Shown in pieces: positions 1 through 12,359 of a stretch of 40,218 bases of DNA. Position numbers and translations under genes: made by a program. The DNA lies in the NCBI RefSeq assembly GCF_004010195.1, contig NC_057718.1:85941534-85981751 (forward strand), written 5' to 3'. Source of the DNA: Chiloscyllium plagiosum. Taxonomy: Eukaryota. Each line of letters starts with the position of its first letter. Position 1 is the stretch's first letter. The notes beneath the pieces are model-generated. The model worked only from the letters and a program-made list of their open reading frames with translations, had not been told where the DNA came from and did not search any database.

Positions 1-2184
1 CTTGACTTACTCTTGGGAAATAAAGCAGGGCAGGTGACTGAGGTGTCAGTGGGGGAGCACTTTGGAGCCAGCGACCATAATTCTATTAGATTTAAAATAA
101 TGATGGAAAATGACAGACCAGATCTAAAAGTTGAAGTCCTAAATTGGAGAAAGGCCAATTTTGACAGTATTAGGCAAGAACATTTGAAAGCTGATTGGAG
201 GCAGATGTCCACAGGTGAAGGGACAGCTGGAAAATGGGAAGCCTTTAGAAATGAGATAACAAAAATCCAGAGATAGTATATTCCTGTTAGGGTGAAAGGA
301 AGGCAGGTAGGTATAGGGAATGCTGGATGACTAAAGAAATTGAGGGTTTGGTTAAGAAAAAGAAGGAAGCATATGTAAAATATAGACAGAATAGATCAAG
401 TGAATCCTGAGAAGGGTATAAAGGAAGTAGGAGTATACTTAAGAGGGAAATCAAGAGGGCAAAAAGGGGACATGAGATAGCTTTGGCAAATAGAATTAAG
501 GAGAATCCAAAGAGTTTTTACAAACACATTAAGGACAAAAAGATATCTAGGGAGAGAATAGGGCCCCTCAAAGATCAGCAAGGCGGCCTTTGTGTGGAGC
601 CGCAGAAAATGGTGGAGATACTAAATGAGTATTTTGCATCAGTATTTACTGTGGAAAAGGATATTGAATATATAGACTATAGGGAAATAGATGGTGACAT
701 CTTGCATAAATGTCCATATTACAGAGGAGGAAGTGCTGGATGTCTTGAAACACATAAGAATGGATAAATCCCCAGGACCTGATCAGGTGTACCCTAGAAC
801 TCTCTGGGAAGCTAGAGAAGTGATTGCTGGGCCTCTTGCTGAGATATGTGTATCATCAATAGTCACAAGTGAGGTGCCGGAAGACTGGAGGTTGGTTAAT
901 GTGGTGCCACAGTTTAAGAAGGGTGGTAACGACAAGCCAGGGAACTATAGACTGGTGAGCCTGACTTCGGTGGTGGGCAACTTGTTGGAGGGAATCCTGA
1001 GGGGCAGGATGTATATGTATTTGGAAAGGCAAGGACTGATTAGGGACAGTCAACATGGTTTTGTGCATGGGAAGTCATGTCTCACAAACTTGATTGATCT
1101 TTTTGAGGAAGTAAAAAGAGGATTGATGAGGGCAGAGCAGTAGATGTGATCTATATGGACTTCAGTAAGGCGTGCGACAAGGTTCTCCAAGGGAGACTGA
1201 TTAGAAGGTTAGATCTCATGGAATACAGGGAGAACTAGCCATTTGGATACAGAACTGGCTCAAAGGTAGAAGACAGAGGGTTGTTTTTCAGATTGGAGGC
1301 CTGTGACCAGTGGAGTTCCACAAGGATCGGTGCTGGGTCCTCTAATTTTTGTCATTTACGTAAATGATTTGAATGCGAGCATAAGAGGTACAGTTAGTAA
1401 GTTTGCAGATGACACCAAAATTGGAGGTGTAGTGGACAGTGAAGAGGGTTACTTCAGATTACAACAGGATCTTGACCAGATGGGCCAATGGGCTGAGAAG
1501 TGGCAGATGAGTTTAATTCAGATAAATGCGAGGTGCTGCATTTTTGGAAAACAAATCTTAGCAGGACTTACACACTTAATGGTAAGGTCCTTGGGAGTGT
1601 TGCTGAACAAAGAGACCTTGGAGTGCAGGTACATAGCTCCTTGAAAGTGGAGTTGATAGGATAGCGAAGGCGGCATTTGGAATGCTTTCCTTTACTGGTC
1701 AGAGCATTGAGTATCGGAAAGATACTGTGAAACTTGAAAAGTTCAGAAAAGATTTAGAAGGATGTTGCCAGGGTTGGAGGATTTAAGCTAAAGGGAGAGC
1801 CTGAAAAGGCTGACCTTATAAAGGTTTACAAAATTATGAGGGGCATGAATAGGGTAAATAGGCAAAGTCTTTTCCCTGGGGTGGGGGAGTCCAGAACTAG
1901 AGGGCATAAGTTTAGGGTGAGAGGAGAAAGATATAAAAGAGACCTACGGGGCAACTTTTTCACACAGAGGGTGGTACGTGTATGGAATGAGCTGCCAGAG
2001 GAAGTGGTGGAGGCTGGTACAATTGCAACATTTAGATGGGTATATGAATAGGAAGAGTTTGGAGGGATATGGGCCGGGTGCTGGCAGGTGGGACTAGACT
2101 GGGTTGGGATATCTGGTCGGCATGGACGGATTGGACCGAAGAGTCTGTTTCCATGCTGTACATCTCTATGACTCTATGACTCTA
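1..2184 (+). mobile_element. CR1-clade (HER1-like) LINE, ORF2 from endonuclease C-terminus through RT and 3' UTR; frameshifted, runs off the window start
   Basis: Successive ORFs give SDHNSIRF (APE end), KSPGPD, PGNYRLVSLTS, SQHGF..GKSCLTNL, SGVPQGSVLGP, SKFADDTK and RGNFFTQRVVRVWNELP. Ends in an (ACTCTATG)n tail at 2163-2184. Confidence 0.96.
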
Positions 2185-2469
2185 ATTACACACTGTGCTG
2201 TCTGAATACAATGCACACAGAGTGGTCCCTCAAAATGCCCAAAACCTCTTCAAAATCAACTTGAGCTGTTCCAGCATAAGACAGAATACTCTTCCATCCT
2301 TAATTTATTGAGAGAAACAAGAAGTGAACAAGAATTCAAACCCAGTCTCAACATCGTCTTTCCTCTCAGGCTATCACATGCTCCATTGGCAGGTAGCCAT
2401 TACTGAATGACCTGTATTTACCCCTCCACAACTGAGATGGCAGCAGAGAGGGCTACCTACACAATATGC

Positions 2470-2712
2470 TGCAATGTTGAAGAAACCACTTTTCAGATGA
2501 GATATTAAATTGCTTGCTTTCTAAGGGCATAGGAGGGCACTGCAGTAGACCAGGTTATTCACTCTTGCGTCCTGGCCAATATTTACCCCTGAAGTAGCAC
2601 CAAAATTCACTGATGGTTTGGTTATTTATCAGGCTGTTATACTTTGTGGGATTATACTTTACACATGTTAGTGCACTTCATTTCACAAAATAGCTAACTG
2701 GCTATAAAGGGT
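2470..2712 (+). mobile_element. Degraded DeuSINE (SacSINE1-like) relic
   Basis: TTTCAGATGAGATATTAAA and GTCCTGGCCAATATTTACCCC match the better-preserved copy at 5590-6020. Confidence 0.55.
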
Positions 2713-3271
2713 GTTCTTAGTTTCCTCTTTTAATCACTTTGCGCACTTCAAGACATTTCCAGGCTCCTCTCTAATGTTTCACACATTCCACTAAAATAAT
2801 TTGCTGCACTTTCCTGCTCGCAGAATCAATCAATGAGCTGTTTCCATAATGGACCTGAATCTCTATAATCAGATGACTATTTTGTTAAACATTTTATGCT
2901 TGGATTGGCATTGATGGCCCATTCAAGGACATTGCCTTTGCTATGACTCTCTGCTTGGCTACAAATCACACCCAGGATCATAGAGGTATTATTTGCTGCT
3001 TGGATCTAATTTGTTTCACCCACTGAGTGATAGGTTTCACAGGTTAAGGCAAGGCCAAAGAAAATTTAAGGTCAGTATTATTCTAGCATTGGAATGTGTA
3101 AGAGAATTGGAGCTTAATTCATCTTTAAAGTCCCATACCTGCTTCAACATGTATTTTAACCCCTAAATTCAAGCTTTATTCTGAGCACTAATGGAAAAAC
3201 TATCATCACTATATTCCAGTGACTGACCTATCAGTCAATAGTTATTCAACACTGTGAGTAATTAGAGGAAC

Positions 3272-3345
3272 AGAAAGGACTTGCATTGATGGAATACTTT
3301 TTTTTACATCCTCAGGACATCCCAAACCACTTCACAGTCAATGAA
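3272..3345 (-). mobile_element. DeuSINE 3' tail fragment
   Basis: AGAAAGGACTTGCATT...CCTCAGGACATCCCAAACCACTTCACAG is reverse-complementary to the 3' end seen at 5950-6020. Confidence 0.55.
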
Positions 3346-3439
3346 CCAACAAGGGCCAAGCGAGGAGGGTAATAGAGTGAATGTCTGGATGACACAGTTT
3401 AAACAACCGTCAAATTGCTCGAACTCATCCAGGATATAT

Positions 3440-3633
3440 AGTGATGGATGCGAGTACAGTTACAAAGTTTAAAAGACATTTAGATTAGTACATGAATAAG
3501 GTCTGTTTAGAAGAATATGGGCCAAGCAGAAGCAGGTGAGACCGGTTTAGTTTGGGATTATGGTTGCCATGGGCTGTTTGGACTGAAGGGACTGTTTCTG
3601 TGCTGTATGACTCTACGACTCAATGATTCTATG
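3440..3633 (+). mobile_element. CR1 3' end fragment
   Basis: Similar to 2005-2184; ends in a TGACTCTACGACTCAATGATTCTATGA tail. Confidence 0.85.
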
Positions 3634-3829
3634 ATACAATCAGAAGCAATTCCACTTGGCTCTAGAGTAACACTATTCACTACCAGCACCCTACTGCTGT
3701 AATGTACAACACTCTGCAGGATGAATGACTGTAACATTTTGATGCCATCTCTCAGCTGCAGCACTGCTCATGGTCATTAACTAGATTCGCCGTAATTCAG
3801 TGGTAGCCCTGTTACCTCTAAGGCACACA

Positions 3830-4158
3830 ATCCTTTCAGATGGTGAGAAAGATCCTATTCCGTTATTCCAAAGATGGGCAGAGGGTTCTTTATTCTGTCC
3901 TGGCTAGTAGTGATCCCTCGACTGACACCACGAACAATAGTTTATCTGACCTTTAACACATCACTGTGCGTGAGGCCTTGCTGTGTGCAAATTGGATGCT
4001 GCATTTTCTACAACGTATTGATAGGTTTAAGGTAAGTGTTCGAGTTAGGGTTAGGGTTGAGGTTGGGGTTAACCTTAACCCGAATTTCAAAAGTGGTTCA
4101 CTGCTTGGTAGGTGTATTGGAACTGCCTGATGTGCTTATGTAAATACAAGTCTTCCTT
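3830..4158 (+). mobile_element. Degraded DeuSINE with a telomere-like insert at ~4020-4085
   Basis: AAAGATCCTAT..., TGTCCTGGC, CTTGCTGTGTGCAAATTGGATGCTGCATTTTCTAC and TAAATACAAGTCTTCCTTT are collinear with the 5590-6020 copy. Confidence 0.6.
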
Positions 4159-4159
4159 T

Positions 4160-4260
4160 AGCATTGAGGTAGATGATTAGCCATGATCGCATTGAATGGT
4201 GCAGCAGGTTCAAAGGGCTCCTGGGCCTACTCCTGTTCCTAGTTTCTACGTTTCTACATG
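4160..4260 (+). mobile_element. CR1 3' UTR tip (second CR1 family)
   Basis: GATTAGCCATGATCGCATTGAATGGTGCAGCAGG...GGCCTACTCCTGTTCC matches the reverse complement of the 3' ends at 6300, 24950 and 28035. Confidence 0.7.
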
Positions 4261-4549
4261 TGCTTTTTATTTTTCATGCTGCAATCATCCTGACTTGGAC
4301 AGAAACTTCCATTCCGTCTCCATGGGTGGATTGTATCTTACCTGAGGCACAAAGAATGCAGCAACTCATAGAGAAGACCAATCACCATCTTCTTGGAAAT
4401 AATGTGTAATAAATGTTGGCCTTGCCAATGAAACCTATATTCCAAGAATGAGTTTCTCAATAATTCATACTTAGGAACCGTGTCTAAGGTCCATCACCAA
4501 ATATTATGCTGCAGGATTTGCAATTGATATTTTATAACAACTAGAAGAA

Positions 4550-5205
4550 AGTCAAAGAGTTATACAGCATTTGGTCCAACTCATCCGATCAGATATCCTA
4601 AATTAATCTAGTCCCATTTGACCCTTATCCCTCTAAACCTTTCCTGTTCAGATACCCATCCAAATGTCTTTTAGATATTGTAATTGTACCGTCCTGCACC
4701 ACTTCCTCTGGCAGCTCATTCCACACATGCACCACCCTCTACTTGAGAAAGTTGCTGCTTAGATCCCATTTAAATCTTCCCCTCTCACCTTAAACCGATG
4801 ACCTCTAGTTTTAGACTCTCTTACCCAGGGTTAACCCCTATTCATGCCCCTCATGGTTTTATAAACTTCTGTAAGATCACCCCTCAGCCTGTGATGCTTC
4901 AGCATATTCAGCCACTCCCTATTGCTCAAACCGTCCACAATATCCTTGTAAATCCTTTCTGAACCTTTTAAAGTTTCACAACATCTTTCCTAAAGCAGGG
5001 AGACCAGAATTGAACGCAGTACAGCTGCAACATGATCCCCCAACTCCTGTACTCAATGCACTGGGCAATAAAGGCAAGGGAGCTAAATGCCTTCTTCACT
5101 ATCCTGTCTACCTGTGACTCCACTTTCAAGGAACTATGAACCTGCGCCCCAAGGTCTCTGTGTTAGACAACATTTCCTAGGACCTCTCCAGTGACTGTAA
5201 AAATC
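4550..5205 (-). mobile_element. CR1 3' fragment (RT C-terminus and 3' UTR)
   Basis: Reverse complement resembles 1600-2170 (CACCACTTCCTCTGGCAGCTCATTCCA; CTCCACTTTCAAGGAACTATGAACCTGC). Confidence 0.9.
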
Positions 5206-5589
5206 CTCGGAAAGCTAGTGAAGGAATGTATAAAACTGGATTAATGAAGTTTAAAGAGAATGTCACGACTGTGGATATGCATGACCTCACCTTTCTAACC
5301 AGGCTCTGTTACGATTCATGATTCCAAGTCACAGAGGTTGGTTCCTTTTAGTTTTCCTGTGGCAGAGTCAATTAATTTCAAAAGGAGCAAGAAGATGCAT
5401 TACTTGTCATGTGTCTCTATGCGATGGCAGATGCTTGAATCTCAGTTTGTCCATTCATGCCTTACAGCTTGCCAAAATTATTTTCTACATATAATTTTGC
5501 ATCAATTATCATCTGTTTCTGTTGTCAAAGATCCACAATCTATAAAACCTAAGTTTGGTATCATCCATTCAGTACTCTCTGCCAATCCA

Positions 5590-6020
5590 GCTGTCACTCA
5601 ATGTAGCACCCTCACTTTGGAGTCAGACGTTTGTAGATTGCTCTCCAGAGACTTGAGTTTATGACTGAGGCTAATGACTCTTTACCAGTTTGAGAGAATG
5701 TTTTTAAGAGAGACATTACACCAAGGCCTCAACTACACCCTTGCCAGAATATAAAAGATCTCATGGCATTATTTCAAGGAAGGGCAGGGAAATTTTTGGT
5801 TTTTTTGGCCTGCATTTATCCCTCAACAAACATTATTAAACAGATGACCCGGTCATTCTCTCATTGCTGTTTGTGGGATCTTGCTATGGACTGATTAACT
5901 GCTGTCTTTCCAACATTACAACAGTTGCCATGCCTCAAGAGTTCTTTCATGGCTGTAAACTGCTTTTGGACACCCTGGAGGTTATGAAAGGCGCAATATA
6001 AATGTGATGACTTTCTTAAT
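5590..6020 (+). mobile_element. Near full-length DeuSINE (SacSINE1-like): tRNA-like head, Deu central domain, tail
   Basis: Head CTCAATGTAGCACCCTCACTTTGGAGTCAG; core TAAAAGATCTCATGGCATTATTTCAAGGAAGGGCAGGG...CATTGCTGTTTGTGGGATCTTGCT; tail GAAAGGCGCAATATAAATG. Family assignment from recalled consensus. Confidence 0.7.
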
Positions 6021-7817
6021 GTCTCCCAGCTGTCTACTGAATCTCTAGTTGAAATCTCGAAGAAATGGTATTTGGATCCAAGTGACAGAGAATGACAGAG
6101 CACAAAAAGAGACAATTCAGCCCTTGATCCCAGTGGTAACTCTTCGAAAGAACTATCTAATTAGTCCCCTCTTTGTAACCAGCCGTCCCAAAAATTCCTC
6201 CCTTACAAACAATTATCACATTCCCTTTTGGAAGTTATTATTGAATCAGCTTCCAGATCATAACAAGTTGCTGAATGCAACAAAACAAAACACATTAAAA
6301 ACATAAGATTATAGTAGCAGAATTAGGCCATTCAGCCCACCATGTCTGCCTCATTATTCAATTATCTTTCTCAACCCCATTCTCCTGCATTCTCCCTATA
6401 ACCTTTGATCCTCTTACGAACCAAGAACCTATCTATCTCTGACCTTAGTACATCCATTTTGCCTCCACAGCCCTCTGCAGCAATGACCTAAACAGATTTC
6501 CCACCCTCTGGCTGAAGAAATTCCTCTCCATCTCAGTTCTAATGGCTGTCCCTTCACTCTGAGGCTGTCCCTTGATTCCTAGTCTCTCCTAATAGTAGAA
6601 ACATCTTCTCTACATCCACCTTACCCAGGCCTCTCAGTATTGTGTAAGCTACAGTGAGATGCCCTCCCCAACCTTCTAAGCTCCATGGAGTACAGACCAA
6701 GTCCTGAACTGCTTCAAATATGACAAGTCCTTCATCCCCGAGAACCCCCTCTGGACTCCCTTCAAGGCCAGCGGGTTATTTCTTAGATACAGGACTCAAA
6801 ACTGCTCACAATATTCCAAATGCAATCTGACTAGAGCCTTATGCAGCCTCAACAGTATATCCTTGCTCTTGTATTCTAGCCCTCTTGAGAGGAACACTAA
6901 TATTCCACTTACCAATCGAATTTGCATGTTAATCTTCAGAGAATCCTGAACTAAGACTCCTAAGTCACTTGGTTCTTCAGATTTCTGACACCTTTCCCTG
7001 TTTAGAAAATGTGCCTCTGTTCTTCCTCCCAAAGTGAATGACCTCACACTTTTCCACAATGTATTCCATCTGTCACTTCTTTACCCACTCTCCTGGCCTG
7101 ATCAAGTCCTTCTGCAGCCTCCCTGCCTCCTCAACACTACCTGTCCCTCCACCTATCGTTGTGTCATCTGCAAATCTAGCCACAATGTTCTTAGTTCCTT
7201 CGTCCAGATTGTTCAAGTATATTGTGAATAGTTGTGGTCCCAACACTGACCCCTGCAGAACTCCACTAGTCACCAGCTGCCACCCTGAAATAAGCCCCCT
7301 TAACCTTACCCTCTGCCTTCTGCCAGTCAGTCAATCCTCTAACCATGCCAGTACCTTGCCCCTAACACCATGGGTTCTTATCTTATTTAGCAGCTTTCTG
7401 TTTGGGCCCTTGTCAAAGGCTTTCTAGAAATCCAAATAGATCATGTCCATTGGCTTTCCTTTCTCTATTTTGTTGATTAGCTCTTCAAAGAATTCAAACA
7501 TATTGGTCAGGCATGACCTCCCTTTGGTGAAGCAGTGCTGACTCTGCCCTATGTTATCAAGCACCTCCGAGTACTTCTTAATCTCATCCTTAATAATGAA
7601 TTCTAAATTTTAACAACACACGAGATTAGGCTAACCAGCCTATAGTCTTCTATCTCTTTGTCTTTTTATACAGGGGTGTGACATTAGCCATTTTCCATTC
7701 CTTTGGAACCCTCCCAGACTCCAGCAATTCCTGAAAGATTACTGCCGATGCCTCCACAATCTCTTCAGCTATCTCCTTCAGAACTCTGGGATGTAGTTCA
7801 TCGAGTCTGGGTGATTT

Positions 7818-8000
7818 AAATTAGATTAAATTAGATTCCCCACAGTATGGAAATAGGCCCTTCGGCCCAACAAGTCCACACTGACCATCCGAAGAGTAAC
7901 CCACCCAGATCCATTCCCCTAACCTATATAGAACCCTGACTAATGCACCTAACACTATAGACAATTTAGCAATTTAGCAATTCACCTGACCGGCACACCT
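7818..8000 (-). mobile_element. HE1-type V-SINE, 3' fragment
   Basis: TTAGATT tail plus GGCCCTTCGGCCCAACAAGTCCACAC; matches the other copies in the window. Confidence 0.85.
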
Positions 8001-8523
8001 TCTTCTTATTGATGGCCAATGCACTCACCTCTGCCTCTTGACTGTCTTGAAATTCTGGTCTGCTGCTGGTGTCTTCTACCATGAAGACTGATGCAAAGTA
8101 CCTATTCAGTTCCTTCGGTATTTTTTGTTCCCCATTACTAGTTATCCAGCCTCATTTTCCAGTGGTCCAAAGCCTACTCTTGCCTCTTTGCTGCCTTTTA
8201 TATATCGATAAGAACTCTTGCAGTCTTCATGTATATTACTAGCTCACTTAATGTCACATATCATCTTCTCCCCTATTATTGTTTTTTTTAGTTACCCTCT
8301 GCTAGTTCTTAAAGGCTTCTCATTCTGCTGGCTTCCCGCTAATCTTCACCTTATTGTATGTTTTTCCTTTTGCTTTTATGCTATCTCTGACTTTCCTTGT
8401 TCGCCATGGCTATCTTGTATATTTCTCCATTCCTGAGATGAATTTCTGCTGTGCCTCCCGAATTAACCCCAGAAACCCCTGCCATTGCTGGTTCACTCTC
8501 TTCCCTTCTAGACTCCCCTACCA

Positions 8524-8860
8524 GTGGCACAGTAGGGCTAAGTGGTTAGCACTGCTGCCTCACAGCTCCAGGAACCTGGATACAATTCCAGCCTTGGGCG
8601 ACTGTCTGTGTGGAGTTTGTACATTCTCCCTGTGTCAGTGTGGGTTTCCTCCAGATGCAGTGGTTCCCACCCACAAAGATGTGCATGTTAGATGAATTGG
8701 CCGCGCTAAGTTGTCCATAGTGTTCAGGGATGTGTAGATTAGGTGCATTAGTCAGGGGTTAAATGTCAAGGAATGGGTGTGGGTGGGATACTCTTCGGAA
8801 AGTCAGTGTGGACTTGTTGGGCCGAAGGGCCTGTTTCCACACTGTGGAGATTCTATGATT
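8524..8860 (+). mobile_element. HE1-type V-SINE (tRNA head, V domain, CR1-like tail)
   Basis: AGTGGTTAGCACTGCTGCCTCACAG head; TGTGTGGAGTTTGTACATTCTCCC V domain; GGGCCGAAGGGCCTGTTTCCACACTG tail. Confidence 0.9.
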
Positions 8861-9055
8861 AATCAACCCTGGCCAGCTCCTCCCTCATGTTTTTATGGTT
8901 ACCTTTACTCAATTGGAATACTGTTACATCAGATACCAGCATCTCCCTGTCAAACTGCAGGGTGAGTTCGATCATTTTATGGTTCCCTAGGAGTCCTTCC
9001 ACCTGAAGCTCCCTAATCAAGTCTGCCTCATTACATATCACCAAATCCAGAATTG

Positions 9056-9209
9056 GCAGCATCTGTGAAGAGAAATCAGAGATAACGTTTCGGGTCCAGT
9101 GCCCCACTCTGATTTCTCCTCACAGATGCTGTCAGACCTGCTGCACTTTTCCAGCAGCTTCTGTTTTTGTTTCTGATTCACAGCATCTGCAGTTCCTTTG
9201 GTTTTTATA
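9056..9209. mobile_element. Penelope-derived hairpin insert with 17-bp TSD
   Basis: Inverted arms at 9056-9081 and 9107-9133; flanked by CACCAAATCCAGAATTG (9039-9055) and CACCAAATCCAAAATTG (9210-9226). Confidence 0.8.
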
Positions 9210-10009
9210 CACCAAATCCAAAATTGCCTGTTTCCCAATTGGCTGTACCAGAAACTGCTCCAAACAAATCTCTTAGATGTTCTACAAATTTCTTTTCTTG
9301 AGATCTGTTACCAATCTAATTTTCCCAGACCGCCTACATATTGAAGTCCCCCATGATTATTGCAGTAGTGCTTTTCTTACATGCCTTTTCTAACTCCTGA
9401 TTTATTTCTTCCCCATTTCCTGACTACTGCTAGGAGGCCTGCACACAGCTCCCATTAGGGTCTTCCTTCCTTTATGCTTCCTCTACCTTCAAACTCTATA
9501 AAAATTCTAGATATCGATTTAATTTCATTTCTTACTAACAATGCAACCTCAGTCCCTCTGCTCATCTGCCTGTCCTTTCAATAAGGTGTGGATATTTAGT
9601 CCCCAGCCCTGATCCCCTTGCAGCCATATCTCTGTGAAACCTAAACATCATACCCACCAATTTCAATCAGCACTCATTTACCTTGTTGCATATCCTGTGT
9701 GAATTTCAGTGCAACACCCTCAGTTCTGCATTGAACTCCTCCCTTCTCAAAGTTGTCCCCTTATCTGCTCTGCCTGAAGTTAGATTCCTGACTCTTTCCA
9801 CAATCTCTTGTGCTATTACTTCTTCTGGAAGCTTGAATGACCTGTGCTAAGCCCTGCCCCACCCTCCCAACCCTTTAAGTCTTTCCAGAATTTTCCATGC
9901 AACCAAACCTAACTAATTCTTTTGCCCATTGCCTTCATTCTGTATCATTTCGTCCGTACCTCTTCTGCCATTGGAACCTGTTTCTCCACATTTCTGCAGC
10001 ATCCTTTTT

Positions 10010-10118
10010 AACATAGAACATAGAACATAGAACAATACAGCGCAGTATTGTTCCTTCGGCCCTCGATGTTGCGCCGATCCAAGCCCACCTAACCTACACT
10101 AGCCCACTATCCTCCATA
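10010..10118 (-). mobile_element. CR1 3' tip with (GTTCTAT)n tail
   Basis: Three AACATAG repeats followed by CTTCGGCCCTCGATGTTGCGCCGA; same tail type as 20028-20046. Confidence 0.8.
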
Positions 10119-10221
10119 AATGCAATTGTGTTTGAAATTTAAAAAAAAGGATCACCTTGGTCGGATGGCACGATCGACGCTGCAATAATCAGAGGGAACT
10201 TGAGGGACAAATGTACAGAGA

Positions 10222-10500
10222 GGCCTCACAGCGCCAGAGACCCGGGTTCAATTCCCGCCTCAGGCGACTGACTGTGTGGAGTTTGCACATTCTCCCCGTG
10301 TCTGCGTGGGTTTTCTCCGGGTGCTCCGGTTTCCTCCCACAGTCCAAAGATGTGCAGGTCAGGTGAATTGGCCATGCTAAATTGCCCGTAGCCTTAGGTA
10401 AGGGGTAAATGTAGGGGCATGGGTGGGTTGCGCTTCGGCGGGGCGGTGTGGACTTGTTGGGTCGAAGGGCCTGTATCCACACTGTAAGTAATCTAAAAAA
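10222..10500 (+). mobile_element. Young HE1-type V-SINE, 5'-truncated
   Basis: CpG-rich; B-box-like GGGTTCAATTCCC; near-identical to the copy at 22295-22608. Confidence 0.93.
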
Positions 10501-10519
10501 AAAACCTCAAATATATGTC

Positions 10520-11676
10520 AGAATAATAAGAGTGTAATAGTAAGCAATTTAAATTTCCAAACATTGATTCGGATTACCATAGTTTGTGGGTGGAGAATTG
10601 TTAAATTAATTCAAGAACATTTTCTTCATCAGTGTGTAAATATTCCTATCAGAAAAGGGTCAAAAGCTGACCTTTTATCGGGTAACAAAACAGGACAACT
10701 GGTTGAAGTGAAAGTAGGGGAACACTTTGTATGGGAGGAAATTGCAGGCATTTGTAGAAACATTTGTATAATTGATAATCACAAGTGAGGTGCCTGATGA
10801 CTGGAGAGTGGCTAATGTTGTACCTTTATTACGGAGAAGCCTCTGAACTGTAGACCTGAGAGCCTGACTTCAGTGGTGGGTAAGTTGTTGAAGGTGATCC
10901 TGAAGGATACGATTTATAGGCGTTTTAAAAGTTAAAGAATGATTAGGAAAAATCAACTGGGAGAAGGTGAGGACTACAGATTCTGAAGGTCAGAATCGAA
11001 GAGTGATGTGTGGAAAAAGCACAGCTGGACAGGCAGCACCCGAGGAGCAGGAGATTCGATGTTTCCGGTATAAGCCCTTCATCAGGAAGGGGATGATTAA
11101 GGATAGTCAGCATAACTTTATGAGAGGGCAGAGCGTTAGACTTTGCTTATTTGGACTTTAGTAACGCCTTTGACAAGGTTCTGCATGGGAGACTAGTTTG
11201 TAAAGTTCGATCAAATGGGATTCAGGGAGAACTTGCCAACTGGATACAAAATTAGCTTAACAGTAGGAGACAGAGTGGAGAGTTGTTTTTCAGACTGATG
11301 ACCTGTGACCAGCGGTGTTCCACAGGGATAGATGCTGGGCCCACATGCGTTTGCCAATCATCTAAATTATTTTGATGATAATATGCTAAGTCTGGTTCGT
11401 TATTTTGTGGGTGACACTGAAATTGGTGTTCAAGTGTACAGTAACAAAGGCAATCTATGATTACAAAGAGATCTTGATCAATTGGGTGAATGGGCTGAAG
11501 AGTGGCAGGTGAAGTTTAATTTGAATGAATGCAAAGATATTAAATTTCGATAAAACAAACAAAGGCTGGACATGCACCAATTAAAAGTGGGCCTTGAGTC
11601 GTGATATAGAACAAAGAAACCTGGGGGTTCAGGTCTTTGAAGTTTGCATCACATGTAGACAGGGTGGATGAGAAGG
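10520..11676 (+). mobile_element. Degraded CR1 ORF2 fragment
   Basis: GTGAGGTGCCTGATGACTGGAGAGTGGCTAATGTTG and CCTGTGACCAGCGGTGTTCCACAGGGA are collinear with 1-1680, with deletions. Confidence 0.88.
10955..11088 (-). mobile_element. Penelope-derived short insert with degenerate hammerhead motif
   Basis: Minus strand reads CTGATGAAGGGCTTATACCGGAAACATC; same family as 25153-25308 and 36509-36718; imperfect ATGATTA(A)GGA flanking duplication. Confidence 0.75.
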
Positions 11677-12336
11677 TGAGAAAGACTCTCTCCTTAAAAC
11701 TTGTCTTTAAACATTTAGACTAAAATGTATTGCTGAATTATAGAACACATTTACTACATAATAGAAAATACACTGGACAGGCTAGAAGGCTCAGAAAAAC
11801 CGGGGGAACCCAAGGTATACAGAAGTTAAAAACATCTGCCCTCTCCCGATGATAACAGGATGCTCTAAGGCCATTAAGAACTTTGCTTTAACATAAGTGA
11901 ATCTGTGTAAACAGGACACCAAGCGATGACATTCGCGGCTGTTCTTTCATGAAATTAATGAAAGTGTTTGATTTAAAAGCCTTGGAATTGATGTTCAGAT
12001 CCTGTCAATTATAATGGATCCTTATTACCCCTTGCAAGCTGGGCAAACACAGAGAGAAAAACATCTTTGCCGTTACAAGACCCTGACTTGAGAGGTCAAA
12101 AGGACAATAGAGAGGGACATCATTTTAGTGCTGAGGCTGCTGAAACCAGTAGAAAATTAACTCTTAGTGTTATGGATTGAATTTACTTGCAATCTTGAGA
12201 CTTTTTTGATGTTGTGTAGCTATTACTGGTTATTAAATACAAATTCTGTAAAAGGTAATATTAATGAAGCTTTAATATAGTTGCTGTTCTTGCAGACCGC
12301 TCTACGGATTGCCCCACTGTCAATTCTAACTAATCA
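11677..12336 (+). mobile_element. Possible solo LTR (ERV/LTR-like)
   Basis: A 660-bp block begins abruptly where CR1 similarity stops, has TGA...TCA ends and an internal ATTAAA. The TSD is poor (GAAGG vs GACGT). Confidence 0.3.
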
Positions 12337-12359
12337 GACGTTATGCTGTATTTGAATTT

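Larger units (their letters stand above)
6298..9960 (-). mobile_element. Long decayed CR1 LINE (3' UTR, RT, endonuclease, inter-ORF region), interrupted by two SINEs and a Penelope-derived hairpin
   Basis: Minus-strand ORFs give TSGVLQGSVLGPQLF...ARFADDT, LVRLHLEYCEQF and ILDLVICNEADLIRELQV. 3' end AACATAAGA at ~6300. Confidence 0.92.

Noticed and set aside
2163..2184. Short tandem repeats (ACTCTATG, GTTCTAT, ACCATAAG, TTAGA) considered as arrays or CRISPR-like repeats
   Set aside because: They are standard CR1/SINE 3' microsatellite tails with no spacers; the DNA is eukaryotic.
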